A stretch of DNA of 64,000 bases from Piedraia hortae CBS 480.64 (Eukaryota): positions 62,001-126,000 of the forward strand of contig MU005972.1 in the NCBI GenBank assembly GCA_010093745.1, in the 5' to 3' direction. Shown here in pieces: positions 1 through 13,880 of the stretch. How positions within the stretch are numbered: the first letter of the stretch is position 1; every line of letters starts with the position of its first letter. The notes below the pieces were generated by a model that saw only the letters and a program-made list of their open reading frames with translations, searched no databases and was not told the DNA's origin. The translations under genes and the position numbers were made by a program.

Positions 1-2
1 CA

Positions 3-1142
3 CAAAGTTTTATATTTTCCAGGCATGGGCTATGCACTTTACCGAGAATAACAGTACCCGACTTTGCATTTGCGTTTGACATTGATGGTGTTCTGGTGCG
101 ATCATCCAGAGTCCTTCCAGGTGCTCACGACGCCTTGCATTACCTTCAAAAAAACCGAATCCCGTTTATCTTGCTTACCAATGGAGGGGGTAAAAGTGAA
201 GCAGACCGGGTGGCAGAGCTGAGCAACACACTTGGCGTCAAGATCGATGAGGTCACTTTTGTGCAAAGCCATACGCCATTTGCCAACTTTGATAAGCTGA
301 AACAAAAGAACAAAACGGCATTGATTGTGGGAGGGGAAGGGGATAAGTGCCAGGAGATTGCAAAAGGCTACGGGTTCGCTAACGTGGTTACTCCCGGTGA
401 TATTTTCCACGCGTGTCCAGATATTTGGCCATTTTCCTCGGTATTCTCCAAATACTATGATGAGTTTGCCAAGCCTCTCCCAAAAGCACTCTACACGCCT
501 GGAATGAAGCTGGAATCTAGCTTCAAAGTCGATTCTATCCTGGTATTCAATGATCCACGTGACTGGGCCCTGGATGCCAGCGTGATCCTCGATCTTCTTC
601 TATCCCATGCCGGATATCTAGGCACGTTATCTTCCAAAAACAACGATCCAACTCTCCCCAACAATGGCTACCAACAAGATGGCCAGCCGGAGTTGATTTT
701 CTCCAATCCAGACCTTTGGTACGCAGCTTCCTACCACCTCCCTCGCCTAGGACAAGGAGGCTTCCGCAATGCATTAGAGGGCCTTTGGGCGGCTTGCACT
801 CACAACGCAACGCTATCAAAAACTGTAATGGGCAAGCCAAGTAATGCCACCTACGCCTACGCCGAGTCGAAGCTTCTCCAGCATCGAAGGGAAATTTCAC
901 CCGCTGATATTCCGCTACGTACCGTCTACATGGTGGGAGATAACACAGAAAGCGATATCAAAGGCGCGAATAGATGGACGGGACATTCGCCCAAAGGGGT
1001 TACTTGGAAGAGCTTGCTTGTGACGACGGGTGTGTACAATGAAGGTGGTAAGTTTAGAGAAGACGATGCGAGGCCTACAGCGGTTGTAAAAGATGTCCTT
1101 GATGCCGTTAGATGGGCTGTTAGGGATTCCCAGGCTGGATGA
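3..1142 (+). CDS. HAD-superfamily class IIA hydrolase, CECR5/YKR070W-like (5' partial)
   Basis: Frame is open from the window start through FAFAFDIDGVL (HAD motif I), then LLTNGGG, MGKP and YMVGDNTESDIKGAN; stop TGA 1140-1142. Confidence 0.9.
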   Translation, partial: QSFIFSRHGLCTLPRITVPDFAFAFDIDGVLVRSSRVLPGAHDALHYLQKNRIPFILLTNGGGKSEADRVAELSNTLGVKIDEVTFVQSHTPFANFDKLKQKNKTALIVGGEGDKCQEIAKGYGFANVVTPGDIFHACPDIWPFSSVFSKYYDEFAKPLPKALYTPGMKLESSFKVDSILVFNDPRDWALDASVILDLLLSHAGYLGTLSSKNNDPTLPNNGYQQDGQPELIFSNPDLWYAASYHLPRLGQGGFRNALEGLWAACTHNATLSKTVMGKPSNATYAYAESKLLQHRREISPADIPLRTVYMVGDNTESDIKGANRWTGHSPKGVTWKSLLVTTGVYNEGGKFREDDARPTAVVKDVLDAVRWAVRDSQAG

Positions 1143-1575
1143 TTAGTTGGTACCTAATTGCAATGAATACAGCACTGTGCATGTTAGAATCTCTGCCTCT
1201 TTTTTATCCTTATATCTGGTTGCTTTCCAGCTCTCGTTTGCCGTTCTTGGTCCTGCATCGTGACAGTGCAATCATTTGAAATGGCACACAACGCACTCAC
1301 TATACACTGCCGATTGCTTATTTGATGCTGTATTGTAGAAGGTGTAGTCAAATCGAAAGAATCTGTCAGATCAAAATCCTTTCATACTTCGGGAAGGTCA
1401 GATTGAATACGACTGGTTGTCTTTTGGTTCACCTCGTGGTGCTAATCAAAAGTTGAGAGAGGTTGCCAACATGACGTCCGTCGACAGTTGCAAGAGTAAA
1501 GTCAAGTCTCCCGTACAACTATCCTCCTTGGTACATTGTTTGATTAGTCTTATACAAAGTCTGCATGGCACTGTT

Positions 1576-2776
1576 TCACAAGATTCCCTTGATAACGGCT
1601 GCTTCGGCATTCAACAGACTGCTTCCAGCGGCGCCTATAACAGTGTTATGACTCAAGGCTACAAATTTTAGATCAAATATACCAGCTTCATCTTGTCTCA
1701 CACGGCCGACACTGACAGCATAGCCAGCACCCGTGTCACGGTCAAGACGCGGCTGAGGCCGATCAGGCTCGTCCATGACCACTACTGCTTGACTTGGGGC
1801 AGAGGGACAGCCCAATTTCTGCGCCTCGCTAACATAATCTCGCAACGCCTTCTTGGCGTCTTCTGCGGAAGGAGACGGCCGCCGAGCAAAAGTCAGGCTG
1901 ACGCAGGCTGTGTGTCCGTCCAAGACCGGTACACGAGTGCATGTTCCGGATATCTTAACATGCTGTTCCTGGAAAGCGGTGCATTCTGCATTCATGCCAC
2001 CCAATATCTTTCGTGCTTCTTGCTCCAGTTTTTCCTCTTCACCGGATATAAAGGGCACTATATTGTCTAGCATATCCATGCTGCTGACTCCCGGATAGCC
2101 GGCGCCGCTCACAGCTTGCAAGGTCACCACGGAACATTCCTTGATGGGTCCAAATGCTTCTTGCAGAGCGGCAAATGGAATTACAAGACCGATGACGGCG
2201 CAGTTGGAGTTGCAGACTTGAAAGCCCGTGCTGTACCCCCACTGTCTCTTTTGATGGGGAATGAGGTCAAGATGAGCAAGGTTGACAGTTGGCACGACAA
2301 GAGGAACAAAGGGGTCTTGACGGTAATTCTTTGCGTTGGAGAATATGGGGATTCCGGCAGAAGCAAATGCCTTTTCTGCTCCAATCAGCCCGAGCCATAG
2401 GGTGTACAGAAAGCCGTACCAGTTTCGCCAGCAACGTCGCTATCCAGCCCGCTGAAGACAATGTCACAGCCCTTGAACGATTTTGGCTCGCAGGCTGTGA
2501 CCACCAAGTCCCCAAGTTGTTGGCTCATTGGCACACTTTGCTTCCACTTCACCGCATCTTTGTATTTTTTGCCCACAGACCGCGGCGATGCCCCGACAGC
2601 TGTCAATGTAAAATGTGGATGTTGGGCCAAGAGGAGAATGAATCGTTGGCCCACACTGCCTGTAGCGCCCAAGACGCCTGAGACTATCAGCCGAGTCTTG
2701 GTGATGAGCAAAATCGCTTACCACAGCGCTTTTGGGGGAACTTTGTTGTTGGAGATGAAAAAGTTTGTGCGTCCAT
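1576..2776 (-). CDS. HOM2: Aspartate-semialdehyde dehydrogenase
   Basis: [19 protein letters not shown] catalytic Cys, [31 protein letters not shown] introns 2678-2721 and 2376-2419 join the ORF pieces. Confidence 0.95.
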
Positions 2777-2976
2777 AAGAGGTGCGGTCCCAATCTTGGC
2801 GGGTAGGCGAGGCGTTGAGCCAAGCTGCGGGAGACCCCACCCTGCCCCACTTGCCCCGCTCTGACCAAGACTGTTAGGATAAAAGCTACCCCGCTCCCTT
2901 GTTGACAATCTTTGGCAGCCCGTCAACCATCAAGCACTTTGCTTCGACAACCCTATTGTTGATACTCGTACTGTAG

Positions 2977-5148
<2,172 letters not shown>

Positions 5149-5331
5149 ACAAGCTATTCATGTGCATAGCACGTAGTCTACCAGACCTTCCAGAATGGCC
5201 ACCCCCCTGCCCCTGCTCCGTCTATTTGCGGAAATGTCAATTTTACCCAATAACACCCACACTCCCTATAACACTCGTTTGCAACTGCACTCACCCAATT
5301 CATTCGTTGTCTTCGGCAAAGACTTATCAGC

Positions 5332-5916
5332 ATGCAACTCTCATTTGTGGTCGTTGCCTTCTTGGCGAGCATGTCGGCTGCGCAGTCTCGTATCTCCAAT
5401 TCAACAGACTCTTCCCCAGCAGCTGAATCCAGCCCATTGACAGGAGCTCCGACGCCATCTCCTGAGATCGCAAGTACAAACGGGGCTGGAAACTCTTCCT
5501 TGTCCTCAAATTACCTCCCAAGTTCAACTTCGCACATCAACTCCACCAGCAGTCAATCGGAATCGTCCAAGATTGCGAAGACGGTGACTGCTCCCGCACA
5601 CAAATCAACAGTATTTGGCACAATCTCGGCGTCTGGCAAAGATAGCGTCAACAAGACAGTATTGGCAACAAAGACGGCAGGCGGCCACAAGCACAATCAT
5701 GGCTCCAGTGTGACGAAGACGGTCGAAAGTGGCGGTGGAGAGGCCACGATGACGATGACGAAGAGCGCTAATGAAGGGACAGCGGTTCCCTCAGGCCCCA
5801 AGACGGGCAAAGATGCTGCCGGCCTCGCAAGTGGCGCCAATAACGTCTTTGCCAAAGGAGGCGTAATGGGCTGGGTTATGATCGCAGGCTTTGTGGGCGT
5901 GGGTTGTTGGGCGTGA
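5332..5916 (+). CDS. Secreted Ser/Thr-rich protein, probably GPI-anchored cell-wall protein
   Basis: N-terminal hydrophobic signal MQLSFVVVAFLASMSAA, S/T-rich body, small-residue omega region (SGA) followed by a hydrophobic C-terminus. Confidence 0.75.
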   Translation: MQLSFVVVAFLASMSAAQSRISNSTDSSPAAESSPLTGAPTPSPEIASTNGAGNSSLSSNYLPSSTSHINSTSSQSESSKIAKTVTAPAHKSTVFGTISASGKDSVNKTVLATKTAGGHKHNHGSSVTKTVESGGGEATMTMTKSANEGTAVPSGPKTGKDAAGLASGANNVFAKGGVMGWVMIAGFVGVGCWA

Positions 5917-6591
5917 GATTCATCAATATCCAAGTGTGCACTTGTCTTTTCCGTGTATCTGTCCGCGGGCGGGTGGGTGAAAGTAAGGAAAAGGAAGAAA
6001 AGAGGTGTAACGAGAGGAATTGACTTGCGTTACACATGTACGTACGATTGAAACGCGACTTGCTTTAGGCGGTTTTAGATTGGAAATTTTGATTCATCAG
6101 ACCTCTCCATGGAAATCTACATCTTGACATGCTCCAGAGGTGATGTCCGCTGGAAATCGTGTAGAGCTGTGTATTATGATACCATCACAAGCCCTGCCGG
6201 TCCGGTCATGGGTTGTGCCCACTGGAATTAGAAGCCTATCATGACGCAAGGTGGAACGCGACCAGAGACAAGGAGTGGGGGCTCGGAACGAGTGACAAGG
6301 GATAAACACAGTGGGGGCCGCTAGGATCTGACCGTGGCAGATCAAAGACGTAGGCACCGTACAGTATTCTGACAAAGCCAATTGAAGATATCAATATCAA
6401 TCATTGATGCATCAATTCTTAATCGTCACAATATGACTGTGATGATGTCGAGTATGTGCATAGGCCATGGCCTTTTACCGAGTAGATACGCTGTCTGTTG
6501 AGTTCTGCTGTCGTGGTGATGTTTTTGGCCCGGCCACTGCGGCCTTGTTCCGCTGCACAACCAGAGGATTTCCCAGCACACCGTGACATCC

Positions 6592-7902
6592 ATGGAAGAC
6601 TATATCGCCGCAATCTACCTGGAAAAGGGTACGATACATATCAACGACTATCCCCCGCAGAAGCAAGGGCAGCTTATCAAGAATAGCTCTACTCCAGCCC
6701 ACTGTCTCGCCGTGAATGAGAGCCACATCTTTGCGGCGCAGGACAAGGCCGTAATCCACGTGTATGCACGGGGAAAAGGTAACCAAGTAGCGACAGTTGC
6801 ATTCAATGCGAAGATTACGTCATTGGCCATTGCTCATGACCATCTCTTGATTGCGGGCACCTCAGAGGGGACCATAATTCTGTGGGAAACTAATTCTGGG
6901 CGAGCAGTGACCAAACCCGCAGCACACTTGCAAAGCATCACTGCACTAAAAGTAGACCCGACGGAGAATTTCATCCTCTCCGCTTCAGCTGACTCCACCG
7001 TACACGTGTGGTCCATTGTTTCATTGCTGTCCTTTGCAAACATAGAAGCCGAGACATCTCAGCTGAGAACGTTTTCTCTTCATCGAGATGAAATAACAGC
7101 AGTGGATATAGGGCATAGCCATGGGTTTTGCAATTTTGCCGTCAGTGCTTCGAAGGACAAGACGTGTATGGTTTGGGACTATCAGTCTGGAAGGCTGCTC
7201 AGGACGTACCTCCTCCCTCTTGCACCGACATGCCTGGCACTAGATCCGGCAGATAGAGCGGTATACGTCGGATACAATAACGGAGCAATTCAGCGGCTTG
7301 ATCTCTATGACAAAACGCATCCTATGACGCCCATTCAGCCGGGCTCTAGGAACCTATGGACTCCTACGCAGGACAGTGGAAGTGCTCTCAGCATTACACT
7401 TTCGTTCGACGGCTGCACTCTCTTGTCAGGACATCAGTCCGGCTCAATACTGGCCTGGGATACCGCCACGGGTAGACAGCTAACACCACCCAGTGCGTTG
7501 TCGGGGCCTGTATCTAATATTCAGTTCCTGCCTGTTGTCCAAGGCATAGGAGCCCAAAGCATCATAAAACCAAAATTCGAAAAATTCGAGATTGATGGGT
7601 CTGTGCCTGACAACTATGCCATCCATGTTCAAGTCCCAGAAGACAGGCTTCCCGAGACCCTGACACACCCTTCATTCACCCAGGGCCTTCTTGAAGAGGG
7701 CCTTGTGGAGCTTTCACGCTGCGGTAAGGCTCAAGTAGAGGAATTCGTTCCCGTTCAGGAAGCCAAGGACACGACGAATGAAACACTTCAACTCCGAGTG
7801 CAAATCGAGGCCTTACGCCGGTTGCAGCAAGCCAGTTTTGACAAGATTGAATCACTTCAGAGGCAGCTGCGTGGTGAAGGGTCGGATGACAGCGATGATT
7901 AA
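6592..7902 (+). CDS. IPI3: WD40 pre-rRNA processing protein (Rix1 complex)
   Basis: HIFAAQDKAVIHVY, WD repeats (AHLQSITALK, SASADSTVHVW, SASKDKTCMVWD), C-terminal coiled coil. Confidence 0.85.
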   Translation: MEDYIAAIYLEKGTIHINDYPPQKQGQLIKNSSTPAHCLAVNESHIFAAQDKAVIHVYARGKGNQVATVAFNAKITSLAIAHDHLLIAGTSEGTIILWETNSGRAVTKPAAHLQSITALKVDPTENFILSASADSTVHVWSIVSLLSFANIEAETSQLRTFSLHRDEITAVDIGHSHGFCNFAVSASKDKTCMVWDYQSGRLLRTYLLPLAPTCLALDPADRAVYVGYNNGAIQRLDLYDKTHPMTPIQPGSRNLWTPTQDSGSALSITLSFDGCTLLSGHQSGSILAWDTATGRQLTPPSALSGPVSNIQFLPVVQGIGAQSIIKPKFEKFEIDGSVPDNYAIHVQVPEDRLPETLTHPSFTQGLLEEGLVELSRCGKAQVEEFVPVQEAKDTTNETLQLRVQIEALRRLQQASFDKIESLQRQLRGEGSDDSDD

Positions 7903-8043
7903 ATCCGGCAAGGGGCAAGTGCATTCCGCTTGCACTATGTTGTGGAAAGCGCGTTGGAATGAGCGTCATTAGGACGGCTCCTTTAAAGTGGGCAATGTGT
8001 AAACACTTGGCCACATTCACTCTTCTTTGGAACCAACTACAGC

Positions 8044-9065
8044 ATGAGGCTTATCTTCTTCGCCGCCGCCGCTCAGGCTTTGCGGATCCCGCGTTGCGAT
8101 GCGACTTTCACAACCTCACGCGGGGCCATGACCACCACTGCAGCGCCGTCCGTGACCACATACACCGTCATCACGCCTTCCCCTGGCGCGTCTCCAGTTG
8201 CGGTGACGGCCATGAGCCAGGTTGTTACGTCTTTCGTTCCCCAATTTTCTGTTTGTATGCTCAACCCCGTGGCTTTCATTCCTCTATCTGCGCGTCCGAC
8301 AGCTGCGTACAGAAACTACAGTGTATCCATCCCTCCGGGGAGTGGCACGTGTTCCACAATCTACTTGACGACAGAAACTATGGTGTGCAATACCACTCTC
8401 ACGGGCATAGCTACGACATACCCCATCACCAATTGTGGGCAGGATGTCACCTTCTCCAGTCAGTACGGATACGAACTTGTCACGCCTACATGTGGAGCCT
8501 CTCCCTCTATTGAAACGTTGACAACCTACTACATGGCTCCCTGGGCTGCCCTGACAGCTGGCGTTGCGCCATCAAACGTTGTAAAAGCAGTCTGTCATCC
8601 CGCCAACGGGACAGTTGAACAATGCGTCACAGATTACGAGGTTTGGCACACAGTACTGGTCCCATCCACAGCCACAACTACACTCAGTGTTGAAGTTACG
8701 GCAATTGTTTATGGCCCAGGCGAGATCATCATTTGGGAGACCTCTGTGGCGAACATCACCGAGCCCCGCACCGTCTTATCTGTATCGACAACAAAAGAGC
8801 ATCAGTTCATTACGCACTACACAAGCATCAGTCAGAATTCTGCAAGTGTAAGCAGCCAAGCTACGATGCAGACGGTGGAGGTGATGCACGCACCTTCATC
8901 AACATCGAGGTGAGTTTTATATCTACGTGACGTGCAATTAGCTGACATGACAGTTCCTCCTCGGATGTGAGAACGACTCCACGAAAAACGGTGACTAGTA
9001 CTTCCACTGTGCATAAGACCATCACCATAACGGTGAATGGCACTTTGCCTTACACCATGAGGTAG
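8044..9065 (+). CDS. Secreted Thr-rich hypothetical protein
   Basis: Signal peptide and Cys/Thr-rich domain; intron 8910-8953 (GTGAGT..CTGAC..CAG) extends the ORF to ...TLPYTMR* at 9063-9065. Confidence 0.75.
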
Positions 9066-9542
9066 GAGGTTTCTACGAGTTAGAAGAATACATGACGATG
9101 TACACGAGTGATGGGCGGTCGCTGGCGGCTTAATTGTTTACAGTAGGTATTATTATATCAGCCTAAGTTTTTACCACATTCTTTGCCTTTGCTGCGTATA
9201 GTATTTCGGAGATATCCAATCTACCAGAAATCTGTGTGTCCATGATTGAGAACATTGGCACATCCAATTCATTAGGGCTAGAGGCGGCTCTTGGGTGACA
9301 ATCACATGGCCTACGTTGCAGCCGCTGTCAAGTCGCATGCCGCATGCGACTTGTGCTGCATGTAAATACAATGTGAGTGAGACGTGCCCGGCCGGGCCGA
9401 GCCTAACGGAACGTCAACGGAGGAATATGCGTTTTGGGATACGCCTGAAAGCCACTCGCGAACTTCGAGGAGAGATGTCAGCCTGCCCAAACAGAAGCTC
9501 AACGAAAACAAGAACCTCACGACGGCGCACATTTGATGATTC

Positions 9543-9831
9543 CCCCAGATGTTCGGTCGGGCTGCCCCCAGCGCCCTGCAGATGGGGACTGGGGTTGCTC
9601 CAGAGCGCGGCTCAAAATAGACTTTGCGCCCTCGCCACGTGCGCATGTGACTGGGGAAATGCGGGGAAAGCCTTCTCAACCGACCGAGACGAGCCACCAG
9701 CGGTCGCGATGAGGGTAGGAATGGAGGGCGCTTCCTCGTGGCTTGGGGTGAAACACGAATGTAGACCACTAAGGCTTTACGAATTGGCCAATATCCATTG
9801 CAGGTCGGAGCGGAAGCGTCCGAGGCTGGGG
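9543..9831. promoter_or_regulatory. Cluster of six SYGGRG (CreA/Mig1-type) sites upstream of the MFS gene
   Basis: CCCCAG at 9543 and 9566; CTGGGG at 9589, 9651 and 9826; GCGGGG at 9661. Confidence 0.45.
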
Positions 9832-9932
9832 AGGTTGAAAAGAGACCCTGTCCGGACCACAAGACCAGGATTTCATGGTATGAATATCCTCGGCTCTGCC
9901 GTTTCGCTCTTCTTTTCTCCTCGACTTCAACA

Positions 9933-11685
9933 ATGGACGTTGAATCGCTCGAGCTGAGCCAGAAGAAACCGTACAGCCACCAAGATGCAGAGACCGAGTC
10001 GGCATCCGAGAGATCTCTTCACGATGATATTCCGGGAGTTCATCAACATGTAGGGTCTCCCACGAGCGTTCAGCACTGACGTCTTGCTGACGCTGTTGCA
10101 GATGAACTGGAGATTGTTCGTCTCCCTCACAGCAATGTCCTTTCTCTGGGTGGGCTCACAAATCCCACTCTATCTCTACGGCAGCATTCTGCCTTTAATG
10201 TTCAGCGACATTGGTGGGGCGACGGATGGGAAATATCAATGGATGGTGATTGGATTTCTGATCCCAAACGCAGCACTATGTCCATTTGTCGGATCGTTGT
10301 CCGATCTCTTTGGCCGTCGGGTGATTGCCATGATTGGACAGACGCTTCTGGTGGTGGGTCCCGTGGTAGTGGCTGTATCGAGAACCATCAATATCGCCAT
10401 TGGTGGCATGGTGATTGCAGGTATTGGCGCCGGTCTAAACGAATTGGTAGCCCTATCCGGCACATCTGAGCTGGTTCCGGCTCGAAAACGAGGGTTTTAT
10501 GTCGGCGCAGTTGTGTTCACGATTCTTCCATTTTGCGCCTCACCTTTATTTGCACACCTCATCGCGCGGGACTCGAGCTGGAGACGTGTTGGTTATCTTG
10601 TCTCGATTTGGAACTTTGTTGGCTTGGTCCTGGTTGTGCTTTTCTACCGCGATCCAGCACGGCATGCGCCTCGGGGCTCCAAGATGGAAATCGCGCGAGG
10701 CGTCGACTATATTGGCGGGATCCTCAGCACCACGGGCGTGATTGGGATGATGATTGGGCTTCAATGGAGCGCACATCAATATCCTTGGACAAGCGCTCAC
10801 GTACTAGTTCCCTTTTTCGGTGGAGTGGCTCTCCTGATCGCCTTTGGCATCTACGAGTGGAAGGTGGCCTTGTTCCCCATGATTCCATCCGCCTTGTTCC
10901 TTCGGTCCAAGAGAACCATGGCCCTGATCCTCACCATAACCTTTTTCAGCGGAGCCAACTTCTTCGTCATCCTCCTCATCTGGCCCACTCAGGTTTATAA
11001 CATGTACGGCGACGATGCAATCATGGCTGGTGTACGGAACCTGCCTATTGGATTCGGCATCATAGCTGGCGCCGTTATCGCCCTCCTGCTCATTGGACTG
11101 ACAAAAGGCCGCACAACTGCGCTGATGCTTTTTTTTACCGCATGCATGACGGCCGCAACGGGATGCATGGCCTTTGCGACTCCCACCAATCTCAACTCTG
11201 TCGTCTACCCGATCCTCACTGTTGCCGCGTTGAGCGTGGGCGCGGTCATCTTCCCCTGCTCCCTCATCGCCCAGATCGTGTGTCCCGTCGACCTGATTGG
11301 AACAATAACCGCAATCACCCTCTCACTCCGCTACATTGGCGGTGCAATCGGATTCACAATTTTCTACAACGTCCTCTTCCGGAAATTGTACCCGCACGCG
11401 GAGCTCGTGCCTGCGGAGCTAGGCAGGGAAGGCGTATCGAAAGACCCAGGCGTGCTGTACCATTTGGTTCTTCTCGGGGCGCAGTCGCAGTACACCGAGC
11501 TGAGAAAATACATTGCCAATACACCCGCGGTTATAAGAAAGGACGATGCGTTTGATTTGGTCATTCAGCACCTGCAGTATGCGTTCATGTACGCGTATAG
11601 ATGGCCTTATTGGATTTCTATCGCTTTTGGACTCGTTTGCGTAATTGCAGCGTTGGGATTGAGGAGCGTGAGGGCGTTTTTGTGA
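9933..11685 (+). CDS. MFS transporter, TRI12/DHA2-like (14-TM type)
   Basis: GSLSDLFGRR motif A, many hydrophobic helices, VDYIGGIL; intron 10050-10101. Confidence 0.88.
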
Positions 11686-11998
11686 TGCTTCTTAATGTAA
11701 CGGAGGAGTTGACGAGGTAAATGAATGTATGAGCATTTTTACGTCCAATCTTTTTCCTGTGGTCAGATCGCAGTACGGTCCATGTCAAGATGCTTTTTTT
11801 CCAGCCACTAGGGGCCAATGGTCTTGCAGACCGCAACCCCTATCGGCTTTAGACTCTTCAATCCATTCACAATCTATTCTGCGAATCATGCAGCGCACTA
11901 CAAACCTTAACCTCACCCCACATTAATGTCAAGCAGAAAAGAGGCAAAACAGACAGCCACAGAAACACATTTAGAGGGATCAGAATCACTCTATAAAT

Positions 11999-13684
11999 CT
12001 AAGGAGCCAACCTCTGCGGATCTCTGGGAAACAGACTTGCAAGGCGAATATTCGGTAGACCGAGATAAAGCATGACTATGCGGTCCAGTCCCAGCCCTCC
12101 TCCCGCATGTCTTGGACATCCCGCTCGGAAGGCGTTGACGTAGTCTTTTAAGCCCGGACTCTCGGGATCGACGGGGGTGACATGTTCGCGCATACGCTTT
12201 TCGAGGAAATCTGCCTGGTGGATACGTTGGGCACCAGACATGATTTCTTGGCCACGCATAAAGAAGTCGTATGAGTTGCTGTAACCTGCATTGGGGTCCG
12301 ATGTTTTGTTGTAGGTTTCCTTGTCGGGCATGGTATAAAAGGGTCGGATACCCAAGGGGAACTTGTCCAGAACGTAAAAGTCTGAGCCGTACTTTTCGAG
12401 AACCAATGCACCGAGTTTCTTTTCTTGAGGTGTGGATAGGTCTTCGTAATCTTCAATCTTCTCCCCCGCTTCGCGGAGCATCTGAATCCCTTCGGAGAAG
12501 GCCAGTCGCGGCACTTTGCCTGCCTCTGGTAATTTGAACTCGGGAACGTTGTAAACGCTTCGCACGACTTCAACTGCTTTGGAGTATCTCTTTCCCAAAC
12601 CATTGAAGATGAAGAGCATTAGCTCTTCTAGAAGGGAGACCACTTCGTGGTAGTTGTTCACAAACGGCATTTCCATATCCAGACCAACAAACTCGGTCAG
12701 ATGGCGAGCAGTGTTCGAGTTTTCGGCGCGAAAAACGGGACCAATCTCAAAAACACCGGGCTTTCCCGCTGCAATAAGCATTTGCTTGTAGAGCTGTGGC
12801 GATTGTGCGAGATAGGCCTTTTTGTTGAAGTAAGTTACTTCAAAGACGTTCGCACCGCCTTCTGATGACGCACCAAGCAGCTTGGGCGTTTCAATCTCTT
12901 GGAAGTTTCTTGCTTCAAAGAACTCCCGGAACAATCTCTTCACGCCGTGTCTGACAGTCATGATTGCCTGATTTTGCCTGGCTCTGAGGTCAATGACGCG
13001 GTTGTTGAGACGTACTGCTAGACCAACTATTGGTCGAGCGGCTTCTTCTTCTTGGCTTGGCTCCTCGCCCTCGGCATAGACAGGCTGCTCGCTATCAGCT
13101 ACCTGGAGAGGCAGCTGCACATCCGCCTTGGAGGTAACAAAGATTTTTTTCACATGAGCTTCAATGGTCTGGATAGAGCAGCTCTTTACGGGATCCTGGG
13201 GCTTCGTAATGGTTGCATGGACCAAGACTACACTTTCTGCAGGAATCCCGGAGGAAAACTTGACCATCTGCTTGGAAATGGTCTCGCTCTTGGCCACAAC
13301 AGCCTGGAGAGTTTCACCCTGGTCCTTGAAGATGACAAAGGCCAAATTGGCACTCTGACTTCTTGCATTGTCGACTTGAGCTTGGAATATGACGTCTCCC
13401 TCATCTTTCAACTCTGGCAAGCTTTTGATGGGGACACCCTCAGGGATGTTTGGATCGTCCAAAACGCCCAACTCACCATAGTCGGCTTTGCTTGCATCGT
13501 TGGCCTCTGCAGCCCTTTTTCTTTCTGCCTCTTCCGCTGCCCGCTTTGCTGCTTTTTCTGCCTTCTCCTTCTCCTTTTGCGCCTTTTTCAAAGCGTTCTT
13601 CGAAGGACCTTTGTTTTCTTCTGCCGGAGCAGGAGTGTTCCCAGTTCCTGGCTCCATTACGGGCACAACTTTTTCCTCCGCCAT
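11999..13684 (-). CDS. DPS1: Cytoplasmic aspartyl-tRNA synthetase
   Basis: Lys-rich N-terminal extension, OB fold, LAQSPQLYKQ, FRAENSNTARHLTEF (motif 2), GGGLGLDR (motif 3), FPRDPQRLAP. Confidence 0.97.
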   Translation of the reverse strand: MAEEKVVPVMEPGTGNTPAPAEENKGPSKNALKKAQKEKEKAEKAAKRAAEEAERKRAAEANDASKADYGELGVLDDPNIPEGVPIKSLPELKDEGDVIFQAQVDNARSQSANLAFVIFKDQGETLQAVVAKSETISKQMVKFSSGIPAESVVLVHATITKPQDPVKSCSIQTIEAHVKKIFVTSKADVQLPLQVADSEQPVYAEGEEPSQEEEAARPIVGLAVRLNNRVIDLRARQNQAIMTVRHGVKRLFREFFEARNFQEIETPKLLGASSEGGANVFEVTYFNKKAYLAQSPQLYKQMLIAAGKPGVFEIGPVFRAENSNTARHLTEFVGLDMEMPFVNNYHEVVSLLEELMLFIFNGLGKRYSKAVEVVRSVYNVPEFKLPEAGKVPRLAFSEGIQMLREAGEKIEDYEDLSTPQEKKLGALVLEKYGSDFYVLDKFPLGIRPFYTMPDKETYNKTSDPNAGYSNSYDFFMRGQEIMSGAQRIHQADFLEKRMREHVTPVDPESPGLKDYVNAFRAGCPRHAGGGLGLDRIVMLYLGLPNIRLASLFPRDPQRLAP

Positions 13685-13880
13685 GTTGTGGTAAAGAAAT
13701 GTGGTTTGATGCAATGGCGGGGCACGGCGGATCTAACCGTGCGGGCGATGACGATTGCACATATTTCAGAGTTAGAACCTCACTTCTTGGCCCAGAGACC
13801 CCTGTCGAATGTAAATAATTAGGCTCCAGAGTATGAGTGCGAGCGTATACGACATAACATAGGTATAACCGGCTGCATCT

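Noticed and set aside
6470..6478. GCCTTTTAC (U5 snRNA loop I) with an upstream TGATGA box C-like motif
   Set aside because: Flanks do not form the U5 stem and no matching box D (CTGA) follows; likely chance in the IPI3 promoter
9295..9957. 220-aa and 183-aa overlapping ORFs upstream of the MFS gene
   Set aside because: No recognisable motifs; region is better explained as promoter
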